In this document: in pieces, positions 19,998-28,615 of the stretch | Position numbering within the stretch: position 1 is the stretch's first letter | How the letters are laid out: each line of letters opens with the position of its first letter | Assembly: GCA_943354045.1 (NCBI GenBank) | Contig: CALRBF010000001.1 | Location: 4,046 to 68,045, forward strand | Direction of reading: 5' to 3' | Source: Parcubacteria group bacterium | GTDB taxonomy: Bacteria > Patescibacteriota > Minisyncoccia > SW-4-49-11 | DNA: 64,000 bases | Notes under the pieces: model-generated | Told to the model about the DNA's origin: nothing | Database searches by the model: none | The model's input: the letters and a program-made list of their open reading frames with translations, nothing else | Position numbers and translations under genes: made by a program

Positions 19998-22316
19998 TTA
20001 TACTCTAATTCTCATCTTTTTAAAAGAAAGATATCCCCACCAAATAAGATTTAAGATTATAGCCGAACTAAACCATATATTTTCGTGGGGCCACTCGGTA
20101 AGAGTTTTATACCATTTTGTATCACTAACTCCATCAATAAGTTGAGCCTCCCCTTTTAACTGAAACTCATCTAAACCTTGATATTCATATTGTTTTGCAT
20201 TATTATCAGCATTCTCAATATTTGAAGCTATACTTATATCCTTTTTTATATCTGATACTTTGGCTATTTTGAAAGCTGGTATTACGCGAATTTGTGAGCT
20301 ATTCCATGGAATAACACGTATTTCTCCATCATATATTTCAGTAAATCCTGTAATCACAATAGTATCCCCTTTTTTCATCTTGGGCTTAGTTATGATATCA
20401 GAATATAATTTTATAGGGGCGGTATATTTATTATTAAATACTACTAATTTGGTTTTCGTATTCGTATCCAAAATCCCATTTACTTTGACCAGTTTACCCC
20501 AATCATCGGTATTAATAGTTTTGATATTTTCTGGCTTTATAGTAATTTTTTGAGTGTCTATAATACTAATATCCTCGCTGGATACGGTTTTCAGATATTG
20601 TTGCGTATCGGTATTATGCCATTCTGATTTTATTCTCACGATATCTCCTTCTTTGAGACTTGGGAAACGCTTTTGTCTATCATATACTTTGACAATTCGG
20701 CTATTATTCTGAATATAAAAACTGGTATCATTAAGTGTATTAGGGGGAATAATAATTTGTCCCTGTATTTCTAATAATTCTCCATCTTCAATTGATATAA
20801 TATTCTCAATAGTATCAATAAATCGATACTTTTTACTTGTGTCATCCATTGCTTCAGTAAATATACTGGAGGCATTGGGAGTAAGGGTATTAGTCCAACC
20901 CCAATTTTGTAATAGCGGTATATATGATAAACCTTTTTTAGCCTTGGTATAGGAGGTCGTGGATTGAATTTGATTATAATTATCGGTTAGAGTGACGGTT
21001 TCACTGGTATTATTGAGGGATATTTTGCTCTCATCTTGATTCCAGACTCTATATCCTTTGGCAGGGATAATACCTGAGAGGGTGTAACTTTTGGCTAAAT
21101 CAGATAATTTCCAGTCAGTTATATCTATGTCCTTATCTGTGGTATTATTAAGCTCAATGAATTCACCTCCCTCTAAGGGATAGGGATAAATTTCTGATAA
21201 AATAATGCTCCCTATACTATACTTGGGTAATGGAGGTGTAATTGGAATTATGGGTATAGGATTAGGTGCTGGAATAGGATTGGGGGTTGGGGTTATGCTA
21301 ATTGGAGCAATATTCATTGCATTTGGTGAAGGAATAGTATTCCAAATCCAATTATTGTCAATTACCATATAACTTGAGCCTTTTTGAGAATCTTTCATAC
21401 TATAATCTACTTGTGATTGTATAGTATTATTGGGGTCATACAAAATCACTGAGTCATTATCATTATTCAGAATAATAGTAAGTGCATTACCGTCTTCCAA
21501 TACGACAAATCCCTTAGCGGGAATAATTCCTGATAATGTCTGTATTGCGGATCCCCCATTTGGTATATCATCTAATTTCCAACCACTAATATCTATATCT
21601 TTATCAGTGATATTAGCAAGTTCTACAAATTCTTTTTTACCCTCAGCTGGATTTGGGTAAATTTCGGATATGATAATCCCCTCATATACAATGGGGGGAG
21701 TTAGAGGTGTTACGGGAATGATATTAAGTGGAGATAAAGACTTTATTTCCCAAGAAAAATTGTTCATTTTATGCAAAGACTCTCCCTGTTTGGTTATCGC
21801 TGGCCATTTCCCTACAAAGTTCACCGCATCTATCGTAATATCCTTATCATTACGAAGCTCTATATAAGCCCCTGCCGTATTACTAAGAGATCCAAAATTA
21901 GTACTTGTTACATTAATAACTTTATTGAGTGGCGTGAGGCTAGTTTGGGTGGTTGCAATTTTGCGAATTACAATATAATCTGTGATATTACCAGTAAGGG
22001 GAATAATTTTATCACCCGCTCCAGATACTATTCTCAGAGACCAACCTGTTAATGTGATTGGAATATTACTAGGATTTTTGAGCTCAATAAATTCATCATT
22101 GGCATCAGTCACATTATCATCAGACCATATGGTATAACCGGTATAATTAATTTCATTGATTTCCACCTCCTGAAAAGCAAAAGAAACTTGGGGGGAGAAC
22201 AAAAACAGCCCCAATACAAGGGCTATTTGATTAATTCTGAGGAGATTTTTTTGTTTTGTCCAGGTCATTGCTATCTTTGTTTGGATCTTTTTTATTGGGA
22301 TCATAAGTATATGCAT
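19998..22316 (-). CDS. Lamin-tail-domain (LTD) repeat surface protein. The likely start is the internal Met at ~22268.
   Basis: Signal peptide 'ALVLGLFLFSPQVSFA'. Several LTD-like units ('ISEIYPNPAEGKKEFVELANITDKDIDISGWKLDD', 'EFIELKNPSNIPITLTGWSL'). Pro-rich linker. C-terminal TM. Confidence 0.65.
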   Translation of the reverse strand: MHILMIPIKKIQTKIAMTWTKQKNLLRINQIALVLGLFLFSPQVSFAFQEVEINEINYTGYTIWSDDNVTDANDEFIELKNPSNIPITLTGWSLRIVSGAGDKIIPLTGNITDYIVIRKIATTQTSLTPLNKVINVTSTNFGSLSNTAGAYIELRNDKDITIDAVNFVGKWPAITKQGESLHKMNNFSWEIKSLSPLNIIPVTPLTPPIVYEGIIISEIYPNPAEGKKEFVELANITDKDIDISGWKLDDIPNGGSAIQTLSGIIPAKGFVVLEDGNALTIILNNDNDSVILYDPNNTIQSQVDYSMKDSQKGSSYMVIDNNWIWNTIPSPNAMNIAPISITPTPNPIPAPNPIPIIPITPPLPKYSIGSIILSEIYPYPLEGGEFIELNNTTDKDIDITDWKLSDLAKSYTLSGIIPAKGYRVWNQDESKISLNNTSETVTLTDNYNQIQSTTSYTKAKKGLSYIPLLQNWGWTNTLTPNASSIFTEAMDDTSKKYRFIDTIENIISIEDGELLEIQGQIIIPPNTLNDTSFYIQNNSRIVKVYDRQKRFPSLKEGDIVRIKSEWHNTDTQQYLKTVSSEDISIIDTQKITIKPENIKTINTDDWGKLVKVNGILDTNTKTKLVVFNNKYTAPIKLYSDIITKPKMKKGDTIVITGFTEIYDGEIRVIPWNSSQIRVIPAFKIAKVSDIKKDISIASNIENADNNAKQYEYQGLDEFQLKGEAQLIDGVSDTKWYKTLTEWPHENIWFSSAIILNLIWWGYLSFKKMRIRV

Positions 22317-22869
22317 TATGTAATTCTACAGTTCTATTAGCTTCTGCAAATTGGAGAATAATGTCTTTGGCCTTATATGGATACGGCACATCATCAAAGA
22401 ATAATATTTTTTGATCCGCGCCTGCAGTTTGTATCCGCACATCACCAAAATTCAAAATACTTGCAAAAAATCCATTTACAATAACTTCTATATCTTGAAC
22501 ATTACCAATATCTGCCTCGGAGACTTTACGATGAAAAAAATCAATCTGATCAATAGTAAGAACTCTTTGATTCGTGACAATATAAGCATCTAGATAATAA
22601 TGTGTCCAAGTCAAAAATGCAGTATAAAAAACAAATAGAATAATAAGCATAATGACAAAATCAAATACCGCACCTAAAAATGGCTCTTGTAATACTGGGA
22701 TAGTATTAGGTAAGTATATAGATAATACAAATGTTATCAATAATAATATTCCACTGAATATATAAGGAGCAATAAGCAAAAATATAGATCTTCTAAAGAC
22801 AATTTTTACAATTTCCCCTTGATGCTGACCTTTGAAATGAAGATTTTTCCCCGTAACTCTATCAAACAT
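22231..22869 (-). CDS. Membrane protein with a bacterial PH domain (YdbT/DUF304-like)
   Basis: Two TMs followed by 'TIDQIDFFHRKVSEADIGNVQDIEVIVNGFFASILNFGDVRIQTAG', which matches the bPH_2 pattern. Confidence 0.55.
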   Translation of the reverse strand: MFDRVTGKNLHFKGQHQGEIVKIVFRRSIFLLIAPYIFSGILLLITFVLSIYLPNTIPVLQEPFLGAVFDFVIMLIILFVFYTAFLTWTHYYLDAYIVTNQRVLTIDQIDFFHRKVSEADIGNVQDIEVIVNGFFASILNFGDVRIQTAGADQKILFFDDVPYPYKAKDIILQFAEANRTVELHNAYTYDPNKKDPNKDSNDLDKTKKSPQN

Positions 22870-22873
22870 ATAT

Positions 22874-23077
22874 TTAATTTATATTAATAATGGCTTGAAG
22901 ATTTCCATATAATAGCCCTAATAATATAATACTTCCTATACTATAAGCTATGGTTGTAATAATAGCAGTTCTCGTATTGAGTCCAAAAGCAAAAATATGA
23001 TATAACAGCACAATACTCCCTATAATATAAGCTATTAATATGGCAAGATAGGCGATAATAAATAATTGTGCTGACAT
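22874..23077 (-). CDS. Small membrane protein (67 aa)
   Basis: Two hydrophobic helices. Tightly packed between ruvB and the PH-domain gene. Confidence 0.35.
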   Translation of the reverse strand: MSAQLFIIAYLAILIAYIIGSIVLLYHIFAFGLNTRTAIITTIAYSIGSIILLGLLYGNLQAIININ

Positions 23078-23081
23078 ATAA

Positions 23082-24089
23082 TTATATTAAAGTTTGATTG
23101 GTTGGTGGCAATTTATCAAAGTATTCATAGCAAAGTTTCGTCACCATACGCCCCTTTGGAGTTCTTTGCAATAATCCCTGTCTCATAAGGAATGGCTCAT
23201 AAATCTCCTCTATGGTCACGGTCTCCTCAGCGGTTGAAGCCGCCAAAGTTGAGAGCCCCACTGGTCCCCCATTGAATATATTCATAATAGTCTCGAGAAT
23301 TTTCCTGTCTCCCGCTTCCAATCCTTGCGCATCCACATCTAAAAGCTTAAATGTCTCATCTATTACCGGTTGATTGATAACTCCATTATTATGTACTTCT
23401 GCATAATCCCTCACTCGTTTGAGGAGGCGATTTGCGACACGCGGGGTATGCCTACTTCTAATTGCAATATGCTGATACACCTCTGGGGAATCTGCCTTAA
23501 CTGCAAGAATATTACTGGATCGCTTTAAGATATCAATAATATGATCTTGAGTATAAAAATCAAAACTATAAATATTCCCAAAACGACTCCTAAATGGTCC
23601 CGACAGAGACCCAAATTTGGTTGTAGCACCAATTAAAGTAAATTTCGGCAAATCTAGTCTTAGAGTTCTCGCAGAAGGTCCCTTGCCGACAATAATATCG
23701 AGGACAAAATCCTCCATGGCTGAATACAGAATCTCCTCTAAAGTCTTAGATAAGCGATGAATTTCATCAATAAACAATATATCCCCAGCCTCTATATTGG
23801 TAAGTATCGAAGCTAAATCTCCCGCTTTCTCGAGAGCAGGTCCCGAGGTAACTTTTAAATTAGACCCGAGATATTTGGAAATAAGATAGGCTAAACTTGT
23901 CTTACCAAGACCAGGAGGTCCATAAAATAAAAGGTGGTCCAAAGCCTCTCCCCGCTTCTGAGCTGCCTGAATAGAAATAGAAAGATTTTTTTTAATTTGA
24001 TCTTGCCCAATATACTCTTCAAAAGTCTGTGGCCGCAAACTCTGATCTATACTACTATCTTCCTGTATTTCTTTTGATGATGTAATCAT
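23082..24089 (-). CDS. ruvB: Holliday junction branch-migration helicase RuvB
   Basis: 'LLFYGPPGLGKTSLA', 'ILFIDEIHRL' and a C-terminal winged helix. Canonical RuvB. Confidence 0.9.
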   Translation of the reverse strand: MITSSKEIQEDSSIDQSLRPQTFEEYIGQDQIKKNLSISIQAAQKRGEALDHLLFYGPPGLGKTSLAYLISKYLGSNLKVTSGPALEKAGDLASILTNIEAGDILFIDEIHRLSKTLEEILYSAMEDFVLDIIVGKGPSARTLRLDLPKFTLIGATTKFGSLSGPFRSRFGNIYSFDFYTQDHIIDILKRSSNILAVKADSPEVYQHIAIRSRHTPRVANRLLKRVRDYAEVHNNGVINQPVIDETFKLLDVDAQGLEAGDRKILETIMNIFNGGPVGLSTLAASTAEETVTIEEIYEPFLMRQGLLQRTPKGRMVTKLCYEYFDKLPPTNQTLI

Positions 24090-24152
24090 AGATTACGATA
24101 CTTATATACTATTATTATAGCATATTTTTAGGGAGTTGTATAGATAAGTTAA

Positions 24153-25151
24153 TTATAAAACTTCTATGGTACTGAGAATGGTGTGCATTAGGTTGTTTAC
24201 TTTTTCTGAATTATCTTTCTCTATACCATTAAGACCAGGTATGCCAGTATTTTGATAGTTAATAATTGCAAATTTATTACTGTCTAAAGTAAGAATAAAC
24301 AGTTCTCTTTCTCTTGTTTGAAGATTTTTATTATCATCTACACCTAATATAGAATTACATTTAATTAAATTAGTTGCTTGATTAGTATTATTCTGAACAA
24401 TAAATGGGTTTTTAAATTGTTCAATCTTTTCTCCATCTAAACATAATGCTGTGACTTCATCTAATCTTTTTTGTTTTTCTACTCTTGTAATAGTTGCTTT
24501 TACATTTGGTCCATTAAATTTTTCATCATATTCATATCCAGTAACTTGTTCTTCCGTCTCACAGTTTTTAGGAGTAGCAGTATATGAATATCCCATTCCT
24601 CCCTCTTCAATGATATCGTACTTACATGTGTTTTTTGAAAATATATTATAAATTTTATTATTATTAATTTCTGAGCTTTCAATAATACTTATTTCAATAG
24701 GGTTTAAATAATATCCTCCCCCTTCAGAAACACCACGTGGGTTAATTGATATAAGAGAGTCAATTTTTAATCTATAATTAGAAAACAAATCTGATTTATC
24801 AATACTAGCATCATATCTAAAGATATTATACTTCTGTGGCAAGCCATATATAGTTAAATTTATATTAGAAGTAGGAAATTTATATCGAATACCCGCATCA
24901 CCTACTTTAAATTCTTTACTCTCCCACCCAGCTGTATCCACTTTAGTAATAGGATAGTCTGGTAAATCTTCCTTTACAATTTCAGGTTGTTTTTCTACAA
25001 TTGGAAGAGTTGTCACTACCGGTGTATCCTGCACTGGAATCTCAGCTATTGGCTCTCGGTTCATATCCCATAATAGATACCCAAATACTCCCAAGATTAC
25101 AAATATTATCCCGAATCCGATTATTGTTAATTTATCTTTTTGCCAATTCAT
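24153..25151 (-). CDS. Exported or membrane-anchored hypothetical protein
   Basis: 332 aa. The N-terminal TM/signal is 'LTIIGFGIIFVILGVFGYLLW'. The rest is a Cys-containing extracellular domain. A C11 tract lies in its upstream region. Confidence 0.5.
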   Translation of the reverse strand: MNWQKDKLTIIGFGIIFVILGVFGYLLWDMNREPIAEIPVQDTPVVTTLPIVEKQPEIVKEDLPDYPITKVDTAGWESKEFKVGDAGIRYKFPTSNINLTIYGLPQKYNIFRYDASIDKSDLFSNYRLKIDSLISINPRGVSEGGGYYLNPIEISIIESSEINNNKIYNIFSKNTCKYDIIEEGGMGYSYTATPKNCETEEQVTGYEYDEKFNGPNVKATITRVEKQKRLDEVTALCLDGEKIEQFKNPFIVQNNTNQATNLIKCNSILGVDDNKNLQTRERELFILTLDSNKFAIINYQNTGIPGLNGIEKDNSEKVNNLMHTILSTIEVL

Positions 25152-25197
25152 AATTTATGATTTAGGTTATTATATTTACTCATCTATAAGTATATTA

Positions 25198-25208
25198 CCC
25201 CCCCCCCC
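25198..25208. repeat. Homopolymeric C11 (G11 on the minus strand) tract in an intergenic/promoter region
   Basis: Directly read: 'tattaccccccccccc gatttt'. It is 47-57 bp upstream of the start of the 24153-25151 gene, in a ~30% GC genome. Confidence 0.9.
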
Positions 25209-25245
25209 GATTTTGTATAGAGTATTTATCCACAAATTATAACTT

Positions 25246-26073
25246 TTATTCTTTTAATTGTATCTCATATACTTGGGGCCAGAGTTTACCGGTTATGAAT
25301 ACGGTATTGGTACTGGCTTTATAGGCGATACCATTTAACTGAGCTATATTGGGGTCTTTCTCTCGTGTTTGTGAGACGATATCGGACAAATCCAATACCC
25401 CTATTATTTCCCCATTATCAGGATTAATTTTGACAATTTGATTAGTCTGATAAATATTAGCGTATACAAACCCTTGGATATACTCAAGTTCATTGAGAGA
25501 ATTCTGAGCTATATTTCCTCGCTTTACTTCTAGAGTTTTTATTACCTTAAAATTTTCTGGGCTCAAATAGATCAACCTATTAGTTCCATCACTCATAATG
25601 AGATTTGTGCCATCATTGGTCAGTCCCCAACCTTCTCTACTCTCAAATTCAAAAGTCTGAATTTGCTCAAAAGTTTTGGCATCATAAACAAAACCTTTTT
25701 GATTCTTATAGGTGAGCTGATATATCTTATTATTGAGTATGGTACTCCCCTCTCCAAAATAGATGTCACGGTCAAGCTCCGCTTTAATATAAATATTACC
25801 TGTTTTCAAATCTAATGAACCTAAAACGGATTGCGTTTGGAGTAAATAGTCTGGAGAGCCAGTACTTTCATATAAGATATCCCCATCAAAAAATAGCCCC
25901 TGAGTATATGAGTTAATACTATGGGGATATTGATTAATTATCCTATATGAGAGAGATAGTATTTGGGGGGATTGATTATGGTTAAAGCTCCTATAGCTAA
26001 TAATACCCCAAAGTATAAAGACAAAAGATATAGCGATAAGAATAGCTATCTTTTTACTATATAAATATTTCAT
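25246..26073 (-). CDS. Glutaminyl-peptide cyclotransferase-like beta-propeller protein (signal-anchored)
   Basis: 'YPHSINSYTQGLFFDGDILYESTG', 'WGLTNDGTNLIMSDGTNRLIYLSP' and 'INPDNGEIIGVLDL' match the bacterial/plant glutamine cyclotransferase pattern. Confidence 0.65.
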   Translation of the reverse strand: MKYLYSKKIAILIAISFVFILWGIISYRSFNHNQSPQILSLSYRIINQYPHSINSYTQGLFFDGDILYESTGSPDYLLQTQSVLGSLDLKTGNIYIKAELDRDIYFGEGSTILNNKIYQLTYKNQKGFVYDAKTFEQIQTFEFESREGWGLTNDGTNLIMSDGTNRLIYLSPENFKVIKTLEVKRGNIAQNSLNELEYIQGFVYANIYQTNQIVKINPDNGEIIGVLDLSDIVSQTREKDPNIAQLNGIAYKASTNTVFITGKLWPQVYEIQLKE

Positions 26074-26076
26074 GTT

Positions 26077-26622
26077 TTATTTTTCTATTTTCTTGAGAAT
26101 AGTTTGTAATAATTCTAATTGTTGAGTCTGAATAGTATAGAGGCTTTTGATTTGCTCATCAAATAATAAATCAATTTTTTGATGAAGTCCCCTCACCTCA
26201 ATTTCTGCTTTGAGATTAACAAGATAATCATTTTCTGCTCTTTTCCTATCTTTTTCTTCTTTACGATTTTGACTCATCATAATAATAGGAGCTTGCAGAG
26301 CCGCAATACAAGACAATACCAAATTCATCAGAATAAATGGATAAGGGTCAAATCTGAATACTCCCGTCATTACAATATTAAATATAATCCAAATTGCAAG
26401 CAAAGTTAAAAAAGTAATAATAAATTTCCAACTACCTCCAAATTGAGCTACTTTATCTGATAAAGATTGTCCCCGGGTAAGTGTCTCCATAGGTGGATGG
26501 AGAAGATGTTTGAGAATAAGCCTCTCCTCTTTAATACTATCTTCTACAATAGTATTAAGATCTTGTAAGTATTTTTTTTGCTCCTCTACAATTGCATTGA
26601 TTTGTTTTTGATCTGGGCTCAT
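26077..26622 (-). CDS. DUF1003-family membrane protein
   Basis: 'RGQSLSDKVAQFGGSWKFIITFLTLLAIWIIFNI...FDPYPFILMNLVLSCIAALQAPIIMMSQNR' is the characteristic DUF1003 core. Confidence 0.65.
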   Translation of the reverse strand: MSPDQKQINAIVEEQKKYLQDLNTIVEDSIKEERLILKHLLHPPMETLTRGQSLSDKVAQFGGSWKFIITFLTLLAIWIIFNIVMTGVFRFDPYPFILMNLVLSCIAALQAPIIMMSQNRKEEKDRKRAENDYLVNLKAEIEVRGLHQKIDLLFDEQIKSLYTIQTQQLELLQTILKKIEK

Positions 26623-26670
26623 ATAATTTGTTATTAGTTGGCTTTATCATTCTCTCGCTTCGCTGTTCGA

Positions 26671-26770
26671 ATGCAGGGACGTCGAGTTTCTAACTCTCCC
26701 CAAAACCCCTCGGTTTTGGTATTTCCGCCACGGGAAACTTTCGTTTCCCGACCCCTTCCTGTCCCTGCAT
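26671..26770 (-). ncRNA. Structured ~100-nt element closed by an 8-bp stem, ending in a second copy of the tRNA-Gln 3' end. Candidate ncRNA or att-site scar.
   Basis: The closing stem is GCAGGGAC/GTCCCTGC. Inside are the hairpins 'GGGAAAC-GAAA-GTTTCCC' (a GNRA loop), 'CCAAAACC-GAGG-GGTTTTGG' and 'GAGTT-AGA-AACTC'. The 19-nt sequence 'GTCCCTGCATTCGAACAGC' at 26662-26680 repeats the tRNA 3' end at 26807-26825. Confidence 0.3.
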
Positions 26771-26810
26771 TTTTAAAGAAAACTAATTGTTTAAATGCAG
26801 AGACTTGCTG

Positions 26811-26881
26811 TTCGAATGCAGGGACTCGAACCCCAATTGCTGGTGCCAGAAACCAGTGTCCTACCGTTAGACGACATTCGA
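26811..26881 (-). tRNA. tRNA-Gln (anticodon CUG)
   Basis: Folded by hand as a cloverleaf. Acceptor TCGAATG/CATTCGA. D-stem GTCT/GGAC. Anticodon stem CTGGT/ACCAG with loop TTCTGGC. T-loop TTCGAGT. The 3' CCA is not encoded. Confidence 0.65.
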
Positions 26882-26934
26882 TTTACAATTGTTAGTATAC
26901 CTTATTTAGGTACACTATTCAAGAATACTATATA

Positions 26935-27753
26935 CTATTTAGCTTTTTTACTCGTTTTTGTTTTGGACTTAGTCTGAGATTTTTTGGGTTTTATTAATGT
27001 TTGTCCAATGGTAAGAGTATACGGAGCATCTATATCATTTGATTTAGCAAGTTCTTTCCAACTCACATCAAAAGATTCAGCCACTGTTTCTATTGTATCT
27101 CCAACTTGCACAATATAATCATTTTCTGTACTTTCTTTAGATGGAATATGTAGGACTTGCCCTGCTACAAGAGTATATGGGGCAAATATATTGTTAGCTT
27201 TAGCAAGAGTCTTCCAATCTAATCCTAATTGCTTTGCAATAGTATCAATAGTATCACCTACTGACACCATATATTCAGAATTAGATATAATATGAGTACT
27301 ATTATCTAAATTAAGATGCAAATCAAAAGCAATAGACTCAATAGATGACCCTGATATAGTAGTTACTGATACTTCATTTGGCTGTGCCTGATCTATTGAT
27401 TGTGTAGAATTTTGTGTATGAGTCAATGGAGCTGGAATAATAGTAATTCTCGGCTCTACTAGTGAATCCGGATGAACAAGATGTCCTGGGAATACCTTTA
27501 TTTTTTGCCCAGATTCCACTGAATATGGAGCTTTTATTTTATTCACTCGAGCCATAATTTTCCATGGAAGTCCTAATTTCTCAGATATACTTTCTAAATC
27601 CTCATCCTCACCTACAATATATTCCTCAGTCCATAGACGACGATATCTATATCTCAATAATACTCGTAAAAATACAAATAACCCAAAAACAATCAAAAGG
27701 GCAATGAGAATGACTAGCTGTATATTGGTATCTATATCTGTATAATATATCAT
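26935..27753 (-). CDS. LysM-repeat peptidoglycan-binding protein (three LysM domains, N-terminal TM)
   Basis: Three copies of the 'GDTI..IA...G..W..LA..N.I..PY.L..GQ.L.IP' LysM consensus. Confidence 0.8.
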   Translation of the reverse strand: MIYYTDIDTNIQLVILIALLIVFGLFVFLRVLLRYRYRRLWTEEYIVGEDEDLESISEKLGLPWKIMARVNKIKAPYSVESGQKIKVFPGHLVHPDSLVEPRITIIPAPLTHTQNSTQSIDQAQPNEVSVTTISGSSIESIAFDLHLNLDNSTHIISNSEYMVSVGDTIDTIAKQLGLDWKTLAKANNIFAPYTLVAGQVLHIPSKESTENDYIVQVGDTIETVAESFDVSWKELAKSNDIDAPYTLTIGQTLIKPKKSQTKSKTKTSKKAK

Positions 27754-28054
27754 ATGTTATTTTCATTCATTATATCATATTTCAATCTACTCTATATAAG
27801 TTATCCACAATAATACTGTTTATTGGTTCAAAAATTGAGGCTGATAATATTCCCCTCTCCACCTACGGTTTACCTACCGTAGGTAGGTCGATAAATTGAG
27901 GACTTTTGTCCCTCCTATATTTATTTAGGAGGTGGGTGCCATCGATAGACGGTGGGGTGAAAAAAATGCAAGATTGAAGGCTATCCTCCTCCGCCCTACG
28001 GGCAAGTCCCCAAGGGAGGACAGTATTTTCAGGGAGATATTATGTTCTTATATA

Positions 28055-28083
28055 TTGACATTTTTACTATTTTATGCTATAAT
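28055..28083 (+). promoter_or_regulatory. Near-consensus sigma-70 promoter (TTGACA-17 nt-TATAAT) driving the GC-rich small ORF
   Basis: 'atattgacatttttactattttatgctataattat'. Followed by RBS GAGGAG at 28097-28102 and ATG at 28110. Confidence 0.5.
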
Positions 28084-28109
28084 TATAACTCAAATTGAGG
28101 AGACTCAAA

Positions 28110-28427
28110 ATGCGTACAGAAGAACCCGTCGGTAATTTGGATGGCATATCCGAAGAACCATTGGGTAATCTTGATCCCAGAGCAAGTCTGCACGAAAACC
28201 TAAGAACGGTTCTCGAACAAGGCCCTTGCACACCATATGCCCTGGTCAAGAACCTCACCTACCAGCCTGGATTCCCCGATTTTGCACAAACCCGAGCATG
28301 GTTGTCACAATTTCTGGGAATTAAGATCCCAAACGACGAGACAGGTATTGTCGTTCTGGTCGGCGACGTCGTTCAGGTGGCAACAGAGACTCGGGACATT
28401 TTCCTTCGGGATCGTCCATATGAGTAG
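28110..28427 (+). CDS. Hypothetical 105-aa protein encoded in a ~50% GC island
   Basis: 'MRTEEPVGNLDGISEEPLGNLD...'. RBS GAGGAG is 7 nt upstream. A perfect promoter lies upstream and a hairpin plus T8 terminator downstream. GC is far above the ~31% background. Confidence 0.55.
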   Translation: MRTEEPVGNLDGISEEPLGNLDPRASLHENLRTVLEQGPCTPYALVKNLTYQPGFPDFAQTRAWLSQFLGIKIPNDETGIVVLVGDVVQVATETRDIFLRDRPYE

Positions 28428-28453
28428 AAAGTCTACACCCAACCACAACCCTA

Positions 28454-28484
28454 CCCCAGTCAGCAATGGCTGGGATTTTTTTTA
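28454..28484 (+). terminator. Rho-independent terminator of the GC-rich ORF
   Basis: 'ccccagtcagcaatggctggg' forms a 7-bp GC stem, followed by 'atttttttt'. Confidence 0.5.
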
Positions 28485-28496
28485 TAAAACAAAAAA

Positions 28497-28615
28497 GTCC
28501 TTGCAATGATCTACTTTCCCCACGAGGAGTATCATCGACTCACAGAGGCTTAACTTCTAGGTTCGGAATGTAACTAGGTGTACCCCTCTGTGATAAATCA
28601 CAAGGACATTTTTGT
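28497..28615 (-). rRNA. rrf: 5S ribosomal RNA
   Basis: The reverse complement aligns to bacterial 5S ('...CCCCAC..CATCG...ACTTCTAGGTTCGGAATG..ACTAGGTG..ACC...'). It is ~105 nt downstream of the 23S 3' end. Confidence 0.7.

Noticed and set aside
26662-26790. The region downstream of tRNA-Gln that repeats its 3' end was considered as a second, tandem tRNA gene.
   Set aside because: It could not be folded into a canonical cloverleaf. There is no T-arm immediately 5' of the acceptor 3' strand, and the 'T-stem' has a 3-nt loop. It is better described as a tRNA 3'-end duplicate bounding a structured insert.
27849-28030. The GC-rich structured leader was checked by eye for RNase P RNA, tmRNA, SRP RNA and common riboswitch cores.
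   Set aside because: Conserved signatures are absent on either strand. These include GGAAAGTCCGGGC / ACAGAACCCGGCTTA for RNase P, the tmRNA TLD ends and an ANDENYALAA-type tag, and the SRP domain IV GGAA motif. It is left as an unclassified structured element.
27932-28135. A 67-aa plus-strand ORF spanning the GC-rich leader and the promoter of the GC-rich cassette.
   Set aside because: It would start at a GTG that overlaps the only SD-like sequence, leaving zero spacing. It also reads through the TTGACA/TATAAT promoter of the downstream gene. It is more likely non-coding leader or ncRNA sequence.
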